DNA of 64,000 nt from Oscillospiraceae bacterium (GTDB lineage: Bacteria > Bacillota > Clostridia > Oscillospirales > Oscillospiraceae): contig CACYXE010000015.1 in assembly GCA_902778275.1 (NCBI GenBank), positions 6,619 to 70,618 on the forward strand. The letters are read 5' to 3'. Each line of letters opens with the position of its first letter. The stretch's first letter is position 1. Shown in pieces: positions 45,481 through 54,911 of this stretch. Below the pieces are notes generated by a model that did not search any database, was not told where the DNA came from, and saw only the letters and a list, made by a program, of their open reading frames with translations. The position numbers and the translations under genes were made by a program.

Positions 45481-45501
45481 CTTAAGGCGGAGGAGAAAGA
45501 A

Positions 45502-45786
45502 ATGGCGTTCGCGGACACCTTCAAAGCACTGTCCGATCCGGTGCGGCGGCAAATCCTGGAGCTGCTGAAAAACGGGCCGCTTTCTGCCGGAGATATCGGC
45601 GCCCATTTTGATATGACAGGCGCCACGATCTCGTATCACTTGAAGATCCTGAAGCAGGCCGGACTGGTTTTTGAGAGCCGTGAGAAAAACTTTATTTATT
45701 ATCAGCTGAACACAAGCGTGCTGGAAGAGATCCTGCTGTGGATATCGACCATCAAAGGAGGGGATACCGATGTTGAAAGCCAATAA
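45502..45786 (+). CDS. sdpR: ArsR-family autorepressor, SdpR type
   Basis: FKALSDPVRRQILELL and GATISYHLKILKQAGL wHTH; 94 aa. Overlaps the downstream SdpI gene. Confidence 0.85.
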   Translation: MAFADTFKALSDPVRRQILELLKNGPLSAGDIGAHFDMTGATISYHLKILKQAGLVFESREKNFIYYQLNTSVLEEILLWISTIKGGDTDVESQ

Positions 45787-46411
45787 GAAGACCTTGCTCA
45801 TTACCAGTATTGTGACAGTCCTGCCGGTGCTGATCGGTCTGTTGTACTGGAGCCGTCTGCCGGACGTGATGGCGACCCACTTCGGGATGCATAACGAGGC
45901 GAATGGATTCAGCAGCAAAGCGGTTGCGGTTTTTGGCCTCCCGCTGTTTTGCCTGGCGATCCTTTGGCTGGGCGCGGTGGTCACATCACGGGACCCCAAA
46001 AAACAGAATATCAGCCCGAAGCTGTTTGTTATGTGTCTGTGGATTGCGCCGCTCGTCTCGCTCATCTGCGCGGCGACGATCTATCCGGTGAATCTTGGCG
46101 TCCCTGTAAACGTCACTTTTATTGCGGAATTACTGGTGAGTGTGATGCTGATCGTCCTCGGCAACTACCTGCCAAAGTGCAGGCAGAATTATACGATCGG
46201 CATCAAGCTGCCCTGGACACTGGCAAATGAGGAAAACTGGAACCGGACCCATCGATTTGCCGGATATCTCTGGCTCGTGTGCGGCTTGCTCATGCTGGCG
46301 CTTTCACTCTGCGGGGCGATGCAGGCAGCCTGGCTGATTGCCATTCTTATTGGAATGGTCCTTGCCCCTTTCGCTTTTTCTTTCTGGCTGCATGTGAAAA
46401 AAGATCTGTAA
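45770..46411 (+). CDS. sdpI: SdpI/YhfL family immunity membrane protein (DUF1648 + SdpI domains)
   Basis: LPDVMATHFG (DUF1648) and GNYLPKCRQNYTIGIKLPWTL (SdpI signature). Confidence 0.85.
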   Translation: MLKANKKTLLITSIVTVLPVLIGLLYWSRLPDVMATHFGMHNEANGFSSKAVAVFGLPLFCLAILWLGAVVTSRDPKKQNISPKLFVMCLWIAPLVSLICAATIYPVNLGVPVNVTFIAELLVSVMLIVLGNYLPKCRQNYTIGIKLPWTLANEENWNRTHRFAGYLWLVCGLLMLALSLCGAMQAAWLIAILIGMVLAPFAFSFWLHVKKDL

Positions 46412-46479
46412 GAGTTCAGGGCACTTTTATCTTTTGACGGATCGTGATATACTTTGGAAAAGGAGATGGAGAGGATCGT

Positions 46480-46788
46480 ATGCACAGAAAGGTGACTTTT
46501 GCCCAGGCAAAGCAATTGCTGGATACCCTGCCAGACTGTGTGCTGATCGACGTGCGGGAGGAAGAAGAGTATATCACCGGGCACGCCGTGGACGCGGTGC
46601 TGCTGCCGGTGGATGAGCTGACGGAGGAGACGGCAGCGCAGGTGATCCCGGACAGGGAGACCCCGGTGCTGGTCTACTGCCGCAGCGGTTACCGCAGCGA
46701 TATGGCGGCCCGGAAGCTGGACGGCATGGGCTATACGCAGGTTTACGATATCGGCAGTCTGATCGGATGGCCCTATGGATTGATCTGA
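46480..46788 (+). CDS. Rhodanese-like single-domain sulfurtransferase
   Basis: Start trimmed to MHRKVTF (GGAGAGGA SD). Active-site loop CRSGYRS. Confidence 0.85.
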   Translation: MHRKVTFAQAKQLLDTLPDCVLIDVREEEEYITGHAVDAVLLPVDELTEETAAQVIPDRETPVLVYCRSGYRSDMAARKLDGMGYTQVYDIGSLIGWPYGLI

Positions 46789-46827
46789 TATTATGTAAAA
46801 TAAATTATGTAAACTTGAACAGCAAAA

Positions 46828-46858
46828 GGGACGGCGCTGCTCCATGCAGCGCCGTCCC
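46828..46858. terminator. Bidirectional terminator
   Basis: 13-bp perfect stem GGGACGGCGCTGC / GCAGCGCCGTCCC. Confidence 0.75.
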
Positions 46859-46876
46859 CGTGTTTCTGAGGCGGAT

Positions 46877-47485
46877 TCAGGCCATATCCATGGCCTTTTT
46901 GATGTTCAACAGCAGTTCGTCGTAGCTGTCGCAGGCTGGGAGGTCCGGATTGTCCCGCTTGATGTTCTCCGTGCTGCGGAAAAGGATGCCGGCCTTGCTG
47001 GCCCGGATCATATCCAGATCGTTGAAGCTGTCGCCGCAGGCGATGGTCTCATAGCCCACAGACTGGAATGCACGGACCGTAGAGTACTTGGTGTTGGTGG
47101 TGCGCATCTTGTAGTCCGCGATGCTGCCGTCCTCGGCCACGACCAGTTCGTTGCAGAAGATGGTGGGCCAGCCCAGCTTCTTCATCAGGGGTGTAGCAAA
47201 CTGGGAGAAGGTGTCGCTGAGGATCACCGCCTGGGTGATGGAGCGCAGCTCATCCAGAAATTCCTTGGCGCCGGGCAGGGGATCGATGGTCGCGATGGTA
47301 TCCTGGATCTCCTTCAGACCGAGACCATGCTCCCGCAGGATACCCAGCCGCCAGCGCATCAGCTTATCGTAATCCGGCTCGTCCCGGGTGGTGCGGCGCA
47401 GCTCGGGAATGCCGCTGGCTTCAGAAAACGCGATCCAGATCTCCGGGACCAGAACGCCCTCCAGGTCCAAACAGGTGATATACAT
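46877..47485 (-). CDS. thrH: ThrH-type HAD phosphatase (phosphoserine phosphatase / homoserine phosphotransferase)
   Basis: Start trimmed to MYITCLDLEGVLVPEIWIAF. Near-colinear with my recollection of Pseudomonas ThrH (CLDLEGVLVPEIWI, ILSDTF, GDSFND). Confidence 0.82.
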   Translation of the reverse strand: MYITCLDLEGVLVPEIWIAFSEASGIPELRRTTRDEPDYDKLMRWRLGILREHGLGLKEIQDTIATIDPLPGAKEFLDELRSITQAVILSDTFSQFATPLMKKLGWPTIFCNELVVAEDGSIADYKMRTTNTKYSTVRAFQSVGYETIACGDSFNDLDMIRASKAGILFRSTENIKRDNPDLPACDSYDELLLNIKKAMDMA

Positions 47486-47653
47486 ATCGCTACCGTCCTT
47501 TATCTTGATTGTTATTAGTAAACAACATGCTTTCCGTTTTGTCAAGCGGCAGACGGAAGAAGGAAAGCGGCAGAAATTTCTGTTGCATTTTGCGGAAAAC
47601 TTGGTATAGTATTAAACAGATGGAACACACAAATAAACACAGGAGGGACCATC

Positions 47654-48028
47654 ATGGGAAAATTTGAAGTCAAAAAAGTCAAGTCCGGCGTGAAATTCAA
47701 TCTGAAGGCCGGCAACGGCGAGATCATCGCCACCAGTGAAGTATACACCACGGAAGCCGCCTGCATGAAGGGCATCGCCAGCGTCCGCCGCTGCTGCGTC
47801 GGCCCGGTGGAAGACCAGACGGTCGAGAATTTCCAAGTCCTCAAGCACCCCAAGTTCGAGGTGTACGTGGATAAGGCCGGCGAGTATCGCTTCCGCCTGA
47901 AGGCCAGAAACGGTGAGATCATCGCCGTGGGCGAGGGCTACAAGGCCAAGTCCAGCTGCCTCAACGGCATTGAGAGCATCAAGAAGAACGCTCCCGAGTC
48001 TCCCGTCGTCAAGGTCGAGGATAAGTAA
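47654..48028 (+). CDS. YegP family protein (two DUF1508 repeats)
   Basis: Two copies of the F.LKA.NGEIIA.SE.Y pattern. AGGAGGG SD. Confidence 0.88.
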   Translation: MGKFEVKKVKSGVKFNLKAGNGEIIATSEVYTTEAACMKGIASVRRCCVGPVEDQTVENFQVLKHPKFEVYVDKAGEYRFRLKARNGEIIAVGEGYKAKSSCLNGIESIKKNAPESPVVKVEDK

Positions 48029-48048
48029 ACAGCGCAAGTACATACGCA

Positions 48049-48079
48049 AAAAGGCAGTACCGTATCGGTACTGCCTTTT
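48049..48079. terminator. Bidirectional terminator
   Basis: GGCAGTACCG / CGGTACTGCC stem flanked by an A-run and a T-run. Confidence 0.75.
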
Positions 48080-48092
48080 GCTGTAGATACGA

Positions 48093-49178
48093 TCAATAGC
48101 TGGCCTGTGCGATCGCCCGCAGCCCGTCCACAGTCTGGACCAGGATCAGCTTGGAATTGTTGGTGGTCGTTGTAAAAGCGCCGTTTTGCCCGTAGGTATC
48201 CACCAGGTAGGTGACGTCCACCACATAGGAATCCTCACTGATCTTTATCGTGTGGTTGATGGTGATGGACTGGAGGAAATCACCGCGGCTGCTGGCAAAG
48301 CCCTGCCCGCCCAAGGCCTGGTACAGACGGGAGTACAGATCGGAATCCCGCACCGTGAGCACCAGAAGCGCATACAGGTTCGGGGTGTGCGCGCCGTTGG
48401 AGCCTGACAGATAGATCACGTAGCGTTCGATATACAGATCGGTAAACTCCTTGATGGCGGCCTTTTCCTCTGCGGAACAGTTGTCTGTGAGCTTCTCCTC
48501 GTCCAGATCCGCCTCCGTGACGACGTTTCCGTTGGGATCGAGGATCTCCAGCTGCACATCCCCGATGACCTTTCCGGTACGGTAGGTTCGTTTCGTGGGC
48601 AGCTTGTAATTGTCATAGAATTCTTCCAGCAGCTTGTAATGGACCTGGTCGTCCACGATATAGGAATCATCCAGGATATAATCGCCGCAGCGTACATGAT
48701 ATCCGGCCGGGACCGTCTGTTCAGCGTCATTGTACAGAAAGTCCAGCGTCAGCTCATCCTCGCTGACCTCCCAGGTGCTGAAGCCCATATGGGTGTCTTC
48801 CGAGGGGACCAGGGTGACCTTGCCGAGCACAGTGCTTCCGGATTTCAGCACGTATACCAGCTTTGTGTCGGTGCATTCGGACACCTTCTTGGCCCACTTG
48901 ACGTCCTCAAAGAGCGCCAGTACGCGCTGTTTGCTCTCCGCCTCCGGCTGGATGTTGTGATCCAGCGTCGCCACAAAAGCATCCACCTTGCTCTGAAAAG
49001 CCTCATTCCCGATATCCTCGATATAGCGGTTCATGGCGCCCTCGGGGCGGCTGTATTCGTACGCGGAGATAAAGAAGTAGAAAAAGACCAGCCCGACCAC
49101 GATCAACAGGGTCAGAAAGATGACATAGATCGCCAGACCCCTGGCGAAGGAATGTCTTTTTTTCTTAGTAGCCGTCAC
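48093..49178 (-). CDS. Hypothetical membrane-anchored extracytoplasmic protein
   Basis: GTG start with AGGAG SD, overlapping the upstream gene end. One N-terminal TM helix. No family recognised. Confidence 0.55.
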   Translation of the reverse strand: MTATKKKRHSFARGLAIYVIFLTLLIVVGLVFFYFFISAYEYSRPEGAMNRYIEDIGNEAFQSKVDAFVATLDHNIQPEAESKQRVLALFEDVKWAKKVSECTDTKLVYVLKSGSTVLGKVTLVPSEDTHMGFSTWEVSEDELTLDFLYNDAEQTVPAGYHVRCGDYILDDSYIVDDQVHYKLLEEFYDNYKLPTKRTYRTGKVIGDVQLEILDPNGNVVTEADLDEEKLTDNCSAEEKAAIKEFTDLYIERYVIYLSGSNGAHTPNLYALLVLTVRDSDLYSRLYQALGGQGFASSRGDFLQSITINHTIKISEDSYVVDVTYLVDTYGQNGAFTTTTNNSKLILVQTVDGLRAIAQASY

Positions 49179-50325
49179 GTTCTCTCGCTCCTTCCTTCAG
49201 TACGATAAAGCTGGAGGGGACCGGACGGATACCGATGACCGACGCGGTATTGTTCACGTAGTGGTCGTTGTAATACATCAGGGAAGAGGAGCCGCCGTCC
49301 AGATTGCAGGCGTTGACCGCGCCATAGCGGAGCATGATCTCCATCAGATCCGCATAGGTGGCGCCCAGGGAGATGACCTGCCGCCCGTCGATGACCAGCA
49401 GGAGCACGGCGCCGTCGGAACGCTGGCCGATGGCGGTCCGGGGATTGATGCCGCTGGCCAGAGAATCCGGGTCCACACCCTCGCCGTTGTGGACCAACAC
49501 CGGACCGAAGGAGCAGCCGTATTGGATGTTGGCTTCCCGCACGGCTCGGGAGCCGACCAGGCCCACATGGAGGATATACTGATCATCAAAACCCACAAAG
49601 CCGTTTCCGGTGCCTTTTTCACCGAAATACATGGTGCCGTTGAAAACTACGGCGGAGTCCGGCTCGCTGCCGTTGCCCATGCCGTTGGGGTCTTCAAAGC
49701 CGCCGGCGTTGGTACCGGCTACCGCGTCAAAGTGCTGGACCATCTCTTCTACGGTGTAGCCCCGGTAGAAGAACGCTTCCGGCACGCTGCCCATGATGAC
49801 CCGGGAGGGATCCAGCACGATCATCATGTAACCGGAGTACCCCTCACCCTTGACCACGTCCAGGATGATGCCATCGCCGTCCTCGTCCACAAAGCCCCAG
49901 GCGTCCGCGTTGGATTCTGTGCCCTCCTCGCTTCCTGTGCCGATGCTGATGAGCGAAGCGTCGGTCTCGTCAAAGACCTCCTGGGTCCGCCCGGATTCGA
50001 TGTCTTCAATCTCCTCGTCGCTCAGGTACAGATTGGCCAGAAAACCGATGGCGCTGGTCTCTCTGACAGACAGCACAAAGCGGTCCCGCGCAGTGGGCGA
50101 GGGACCCTTGGTCAGAATATACATGACGCCGTACAGCCCGGCGACCAGCAGCAGCACCGTCACCAGCAGAACACAGAGCACGCGGCCGAAAAAAAGCCCG
50201 ATGCGCTTGCCGACGGAGGGCTTTTCCCCGGGCGGCGGAGTCATTTCTTCACTAAGACTGGACAGGTCCTCCAGCAGGGCGGCCATTTCCTTGTCTTTGT
50301 TTTTTGCACTCATGTTGCGTTGCAT
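49165..50325 (-). CDS. Phosphodiester glycosidase family protein (NAGPA/DUF2233-like), membrane anchored
   Basis: N-terminal TM helix. GTNAGGF, NPRTAIGQ and ACNLDGGSSS blocks. Confidence 0.8.
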   Translation of the reverse strand: MQRNMSAKNKDKEMAALLEDLSSLSEEMTPPPGEKPSVGKRIGLFFGRVLCVLLVTVLLLVAGLYGVMYILTKGPSPTARDRFVLSVRETSAIGFLANLYLSDEEIEDIESGRTQEVFDETDASLISIGTGSEEGTESNADAWGFVDEDGDGIILDVVKGEGYSGYMMIVLDPSRVIMGSVPEAFFYRGYTVEEMVQHFDAVAGTNAGGFEDPNGMGNGSEPDSAVVFNGTMYFGEKGTGNGFVGFDDQYILHVGLVGSRAVREANIQYGCSFGPVLVHNGEGVDPDSLASGINPRTAIGQRSDGAVLLLVIDGRQVISLGATYADLMEIMLRYGAVNACNLDGGSSSLMYYNDHYVNNTASVIGIRPVPSSFIVLKEGARERDGY

Positions 50326-50467
50326 TCCTGTTCTTCATCGAAGTGTAATGATTTTACCACAATGCGGCACGTTTGACAATGACAATCTTCAAAAGCCGGA
50401 CGATTGACTTGATATGTCCGGCTATGATAAAATCAAGATCGGATCATAAGAAAGGAGGGGAGAGGAT

Positions 50468-52015
50468 ATGACAGGGGAGCTTCGTCCGACCGGGGAACGG
50501 TTCAGCCGTTTCTGCGCGATCATCGTGCTGAGCCTGATAACGCTGATCATGGGTTACCTGTTTATCATGTCCATGCTGGCCACCTCCGATATCAGTACCG
50601 GGGAGGGCTTTGGCGAGCTGCTGACCTTCCGGCGGGACAATGTGCTTGTGAATCTCGCGGTCCTGGTCCTCTGCGTGGGACTTTTGTACCTGTTCTGGCG
50701 GTTCTGCGACGCGATCCGCCTGTCTTCCCTTACCGCGCTGCTGCTGATATGGACGCTTGCGGCCGGGGCGATCTTCGTAATGTCTTCCCGGCTCCAGCCC
50801 TCCCAGGACTCCTATGTGGTCAGCTTCTGGGCCATGCAGTCCGCAAAAGGAGATACCTCCTATTATCACTTTTACTTCAAACGCTTTCCCTATCAGTTCG
50901 GCTACGCCCTGTATGAAGAGCTGATTTTCCGCGCGGTGTTTCTTGTGCTGCCCAACATCCCGGAGGGCTTTGCCAGCATGCTGGTCCAGGCAGGAAACGT
51001 GTTTTTCCTGGCGGTGACGGAATATGCGCTGATCCGTATTGTGGGCCTGACGTTTCATTCCGGGCGGGCACAGAAGCTGACGGCGCTGCTCCTGCTGCTG
51101 AGCCTGCACGGCATTCTGTTCAGCACATACATGTACGGCAACGTGCCGGGGCTTGCTTTCTCTGCTCTGGCGGTCTGGGCTTTCCTGGCCTTTCAGGAGA
51201 GGCCGAACTGGCTGTCGGGGATCCTGTGCGCGCTGTGCCTGGCACTGGCGGTGATCTTGAAATACAATTATATGATCGTGTTTATCGCCGTCGCCATCAC
51301 CTGGCTCGTCTGCCTCCTGCGCCGGCGGCAGCTGAAATCCCTGCTGTGCCTGCTGCTGTGCGCCGCGGCGGTACTGGGATTGAAGGACATGCCCCAGCGG
51401 TATTATGAGCACCGCATGGGCGAGGACTTTGGCAGCGGCATCTCCCTCTGGGGATGGATGGCCCTGGGCTTCAACGAAGGGCAGACCGCTTCCGGCTGGT
51501 ACGACCCCGCCTACACGGTGAATCTCTTTGAGGATAACGGCGGCGACAGCGCGGAGGCGGCCCGCCAAGCCAGGGCGATCATCAAGGACAGGATCGCGTT
51601 CTTCAGGCAGGAGCCGGGAGAGGGGGCGGCCTTCTTCAACAGGAAGTTTCTGAGCCAGTGGAATGAGCCCAGCTATGAAGTGATCTGGAACAACAATGTG
51701 CGGGAACATTATTCCCAACCCGGCAGGATCTATGAGCTGCTGTGCCGCAGCGGCGAAAGTACCCTCAAGCTGCTGATGAATTTCTACCAACAGGGCATCT
51801 TGTTTGGTTTTCTGCTGGCGCTGGTGGGTCTGTGGCGCAGGCGGGAGATCTGCCAGTGCCTGCTGCCGCTGATCATTCTGGGAGGCGTGCTGTACCACCT
51901 GCTGTGCGAGGCCAAGTCCCAGTATTCCTTTGCCTTCTTCCTGCTGATGATCCCCATTGCGTCCTACGGACTGCATTTCCTGTTTGAGGCCCTGCAGGGA
52001 AGAAAAAACGCGTAA
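50468..52015 (+). CDS. Polytopic membrane protein, possibly a GT-C-type glycosyltransferase
   Basis: 515 aa with about 12 predicted TM segments and a central loop. AGGAGGGGAGAGGA SD. The family call is tentative. Confidence 0.45.
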   Translation: MTGELRPTGERFSRFCAIIVLSLITLIMGYLFIMSMLATSDISTGEGFGELLTFRRDNVLVNLAVLVLCVGLLYLFWRFCDAIRLSSLTALLLIWTLAAGAIFVMSSRLQPSQDSYVVSFWAMQSAKGDTSYYHFYFKRFPYQFGYALYEELIFRAVFLVLPNIPEGFASMLVQAGNVFFLAVTEYALIRIVGLTFHSGRAQKLTALLLLLSLHGILFSTYMYGNVPGLAFSALAVWAFLAFQERPNWLSGILCALCLALAVILKYNYMIVFIAVAITWLVCLLRRRQLKSLLCLLLCAAAVLGLKDMPQRYYEHRMGEDFGSGISLWGWMALGFNEGQTASGWYDPAYTVNLFEDNGGDSAEAARQARAIIKDRIAFFRQEPGEGAAFFNRKFLSQWNEPSYEVIWNNNVREHYSQPGRIYELLCRSGESTLKLLMNFYQQGILFGFLLALVGLWRRREICQCLLPLIILGGVLYHLLCEAKSQYSFAFFLLMIPIASYGLHFLFEALQGRKNA

Positions 52016-52018
52016 ATC

Positions 52019-52049
52019 AAAAGCTGTCAGCCGAGGCTGACAGCTTTTT
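52019..52049. terminator. Bidirectional terminator
   Basis: AAAAGCTGTCAGC / GCTGACAGCTTTT. Confidence 0.75.
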
Positions 52050-52050
52050 G

Positions 52051-53358
52051 TTACCAGTCATATCCGATTTGATCGTGCAGCAGCTGATAGCGGGGGACCA
52101 GACCGCCGCCTTCGGCATAGCGCCAATGGTAGCCGTTGACAGCGCCCTTCGGGTCGTAGTGGAAAGCGACCTCCGTGTTGGGCATCAGGGCTGTGATATA
52201 CTCCACCTGCTCCGCCGGAACGTTTACGTCGCAAAGCCCGTAAAGCCGTTCCAGATTGGGCAGCTCGTAAAGCGGGGAGATATCCGTCAGACCCAGCAGA
52301 CCGCCGATGTTCAGATGCTTCAGGGACGTGCATGCGGCCAGGGGACTTACGTCGGTCACTTGGGTCTCGCCCACCTCCAGGAACTCCAGGTTCTCGCAGC
52401 TGGCCAGGGGCGTGAGATCGGAGACGAAGTCATTTTCCACGATGAAGACTTCCAGCTTGGGCATGTAGCGCACAAAGTCCAGACTGTAGATGCCGTTATG
52501 ACCCAAGTCCAGGTACTTGACCTCCGTGCAGTAACGCAGGGGGAAGAGATTGGCGTCGCCAAAGCCGCCGATGGCCCAGATCCGTTCCGTGTCTGACCAG
52601 GAGTTGCCCCAGCCGTAGACCACACGCCAGGCGATCTTCTTGTCCGGGAAAGAATCCCGCAGATCCGCCATGGCCCAGTCGGCAATGTCACAGTATTCGA
52701 TGCGCAGCTCCTGCAGCTTGTCCAGGTAGGGGAGCACCTTGGAGAATACCAGAACGCCATCGTTGCCGATGGGTACCCGGGAGTAGCTGAGAGACTCCGT
52801 CTCCGTGCTTACGGTCTGCCCGAACAGATCAAAGGAATAGGAAAACTGCGCCTGGGGAGCGGCCTTTTTCAGCTGAATGTAATCATCCACCGACAACGCA
52901 TCGGACAACTGTACCTGCGCAAGCTCCGGCAGAAGGGCGAGGGCCTGGGCCGCTTCTGCCGCCTGGCCGCTGCTCAGATCTGACAGATCCAGGCTCGTGG
53001 TGTCCGCAGGGAGCGTTTTGCCCAGCAGGGAAACGCTGTACTGCGGCTGAATGCCGGGCAGCGCCGTGCGGAGCAGCTCCAGCTGCTCCGCGGTAAGGGC
53101 GCCCTCGACGTTCAGTGCCTGCAGGTCCGTGAAGGCCGCCGCGTTTTCGGCCAGGTCCAGGATCTGTGCTTCTCCGCTGATGGTGAGTTCCCGCGCGTCC
53201 GCTGCAAATTCGGCGCCGCCGAGGCTGACGGTAAGCGGCTCTGTCTCCGCAGGCGCCGCAGCTTCACCGGGTGTACCCGCAGCTTTGGAGCCGCAGCCGC
53301 TCAAGCAGAGCGCCAGGACAAGCAGGACCGGCAGGAAGATTTTTCTCCAGTACGACAT
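52051..53358 (-). CDS. Leucine-rich-repeat lipoprotein
   Basis: Lipobox LSGCGS. About 22-residue LRR units (L..L..L.L..N.I.D) in the C-terminal half. Confidence 0.78.
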   Translation of the reverse strand: MSYWRKIFLPVLLVLALCLSGCGSKAAGTPGEAAAPAETEPLTVSLGGAEFAADARELTISGEAQILDLAENAAAFTDLQALNVEGALTAEQLELLRTALPGIQPQYSVSLLGKTLPADTTSLDLSDLSSGQAAEAAQALALLPELAQVQLSDALSVDDYIQLKKAAPQAQFSYSFDLFGQTVSTETESLSYSRVPIGNDGVLVFSKVLPYLDKLQELRIEYCDIADWAMADLRDSFPDKKIAWRVVYGWGNSWSDTERIWAIGGFGDANLFPLRYCTEVKYLDLGHNGIYSLDFVRYMPKLEVFIVENDFVSDLTPLASCENLEFLEVGETQVTDVSPLAACTSLKHLNIGGLLGLTDISPLYELPNLERLYGLCDVNVPAEQVEYITALMPNTEVAFHYDPKGAVNGYHWRYAEGGGLVPRYQLLHDQIGYDW

Positions 53359-53487
53359 ATCGTTGCTTTCCTTTACCCATAGTTTTCGATATCCCTATAC
53401 TAACGCAATTTGGGGCAAAAAGCAACAACAAAGCAAGAGGACTGCCGCGCGGCAGCCCTCCTGCGTTGTCGTATGCTTATTTTTCTG

Positions 53488-54870
53488 TCAGTCCTGTCCG
53501 GGGACCTGGGGCAGTCCGGCAAAGCCCTTGGCCAGATCCTCATCGGTGGGGATATAGTCGGTCATGGTACCGTCATTGAACTGCTGATAAGCCATCAGGT
53601 CGAAGTAACCGGTGCCGGTCAGACCGAAGAGAATGGTCTTCTCTTCGCCGGTCTCCTTGCACTTGAGCGCCTCGTCGATGGCGGCTTTGATGGCGTGGCT
53701 GCTTTCGGGAGCGGGCAGGATGCCCTCCACCCGGGCGAAGATCTCCGCCGCTTCAAAGACCGAGGTCTGCTCCACCGCGCGGGCTTCCATATAGCCGTCG
53801 TGATACAGCTGGCTGAGGATCGTGGACATGCCGTGGAAGCGCAGGCCGCCGGCGTGGTTGGGAGAGGGAATAAAGCCGCTGCCCAGGGTGTACATCTTGG
53901 CCAGGGGGCAGATCATACCGGTGTCGCAGAAATCATAGGCAAACTTGCCGCGGGTGAAGCTGGGGCAGGAAGCGGGCTCCACGGCGATGATGCGGTAATC
54001 CGCCTCACCCCGCAGCTTCTCGCCCATGAAGGGGGCGATCAGACCGCCCAGGTTGCTGCCGCCGCCGGCGCAGCCGATGATGATATCGGGCTTGACGCCG
54101 TATTTGTCCAGCGCCGCCTTGGCCTCCAGGCCGATCACGGACTGGTGCAGCAGTACCTGGTTGAGAACACTGCCCAGCACATAGCGGTAGCCGGGATTGC
54201 TGACGGCTACCTCCACCGCCTCGGAGATGGCGCAGCCCAGACTGCCGGTGGTGCCGGGGTGCTCGGCCAGGATCTTCTTGCCGACCGCGGTCTCTGTGGA
54301 GGGGGAGGGGGTGACGCTGGCGCCGTAGGTACGCATGACCTCACGGCGGAAGGGCTTCTGCTCATAGCTGATCTTGACCATAAAGACCTTGCAGTCCAGG
54401 TTGTAGTAGGAGCAGGCCATGGACAGGGCGGTGCCCCACTGACCGGCGCCGGTCTCGGTGGTGACGCCCTTCAGACCCTGCTGCTTGGCATAGTAGGCCT
54501 GGGCGGCGGCGGAGTTCAGCTTGTGGCTGCCGCTGGTGTTGTTGCCTTCAAATTTGTAATAGATCTTGGCGGGGGTGCCCAGCTTCTCCTCCAGGCAATA
54601 GGCCCGGACCAGGGGAGAGGGACGGTACATCTTGTAGAAATCCTGGATCTCCTGGGGGATGGGATAATAGGCGGTGTCGTTGTCCAGCTCCTGCTTGACC
54701 AGTTCCTCGCAGAAGATGCCGCTCATCTCCTCGGCGGTCAGGGGCTGGCCGGTGCCGGGATTGAGCAGGGGAGCGGGCTTGTTCTTCATATCGGCCCGCA
54801 GGTTGTACCATGCGGTGGGGATCTCATTTTCACTCAGATAGATCTTGTAGGGGATTTTGACTTCGCTCAT
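53488..54870 (-). CDS. TrpB2-type tryptophan synthase beta-like PLP enzyme
   Basis: 460 aa. The long N-terminal extension (IPTAWYN) and GSHKLNSA PLP-lysine block are characteristic of TrpB2. Confidence 0.88.
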   Translation of the reverse strand: MSEVKIPYKIYLSENEIPTAWYNLRADMKNKPAPLLNPGTGQPLTAEEMSGIFCEELVKQELDNDTAYYPIPQEIQDFYKMYRPSPLVRAYCLEEKLGTPAKIYYKFEGNNTSGSHKLNSAAAQAYYAKQQGLKGVTTETGAGQWGTALSMACSYYNLDCKVFMVKISYEQKPFRREVMRTYGASVTPSPSTETAVGKKILAEHPGTTGSLGCAISEAVEVAVSNPGYRYVLGSVLNQVLLHQSVIGLEAKAALDKYGVKPDIIIGCAGGGSNLGGLIAPFMGEKLRGEADYRIIAVEPASCPSFTRGKFAYDFCDTGMICPLAKMYTLGSGFIPSPNHAGGLRFHGMSTILSQLYHDGYMEARAVEQTSVFEAAEIFARVEGILPAPESSHAIKAAIDEALKCKETGEEKTILFGLTGTGYFDLMAYQQFNDGTMTDYIPTDEDLAKGFAGLPQVPGQD

Positions 54871-54911
54871 GGTTACAGGCTCCTTTTCAAAAAGATTTTT
54901 GGATTCAGAGA

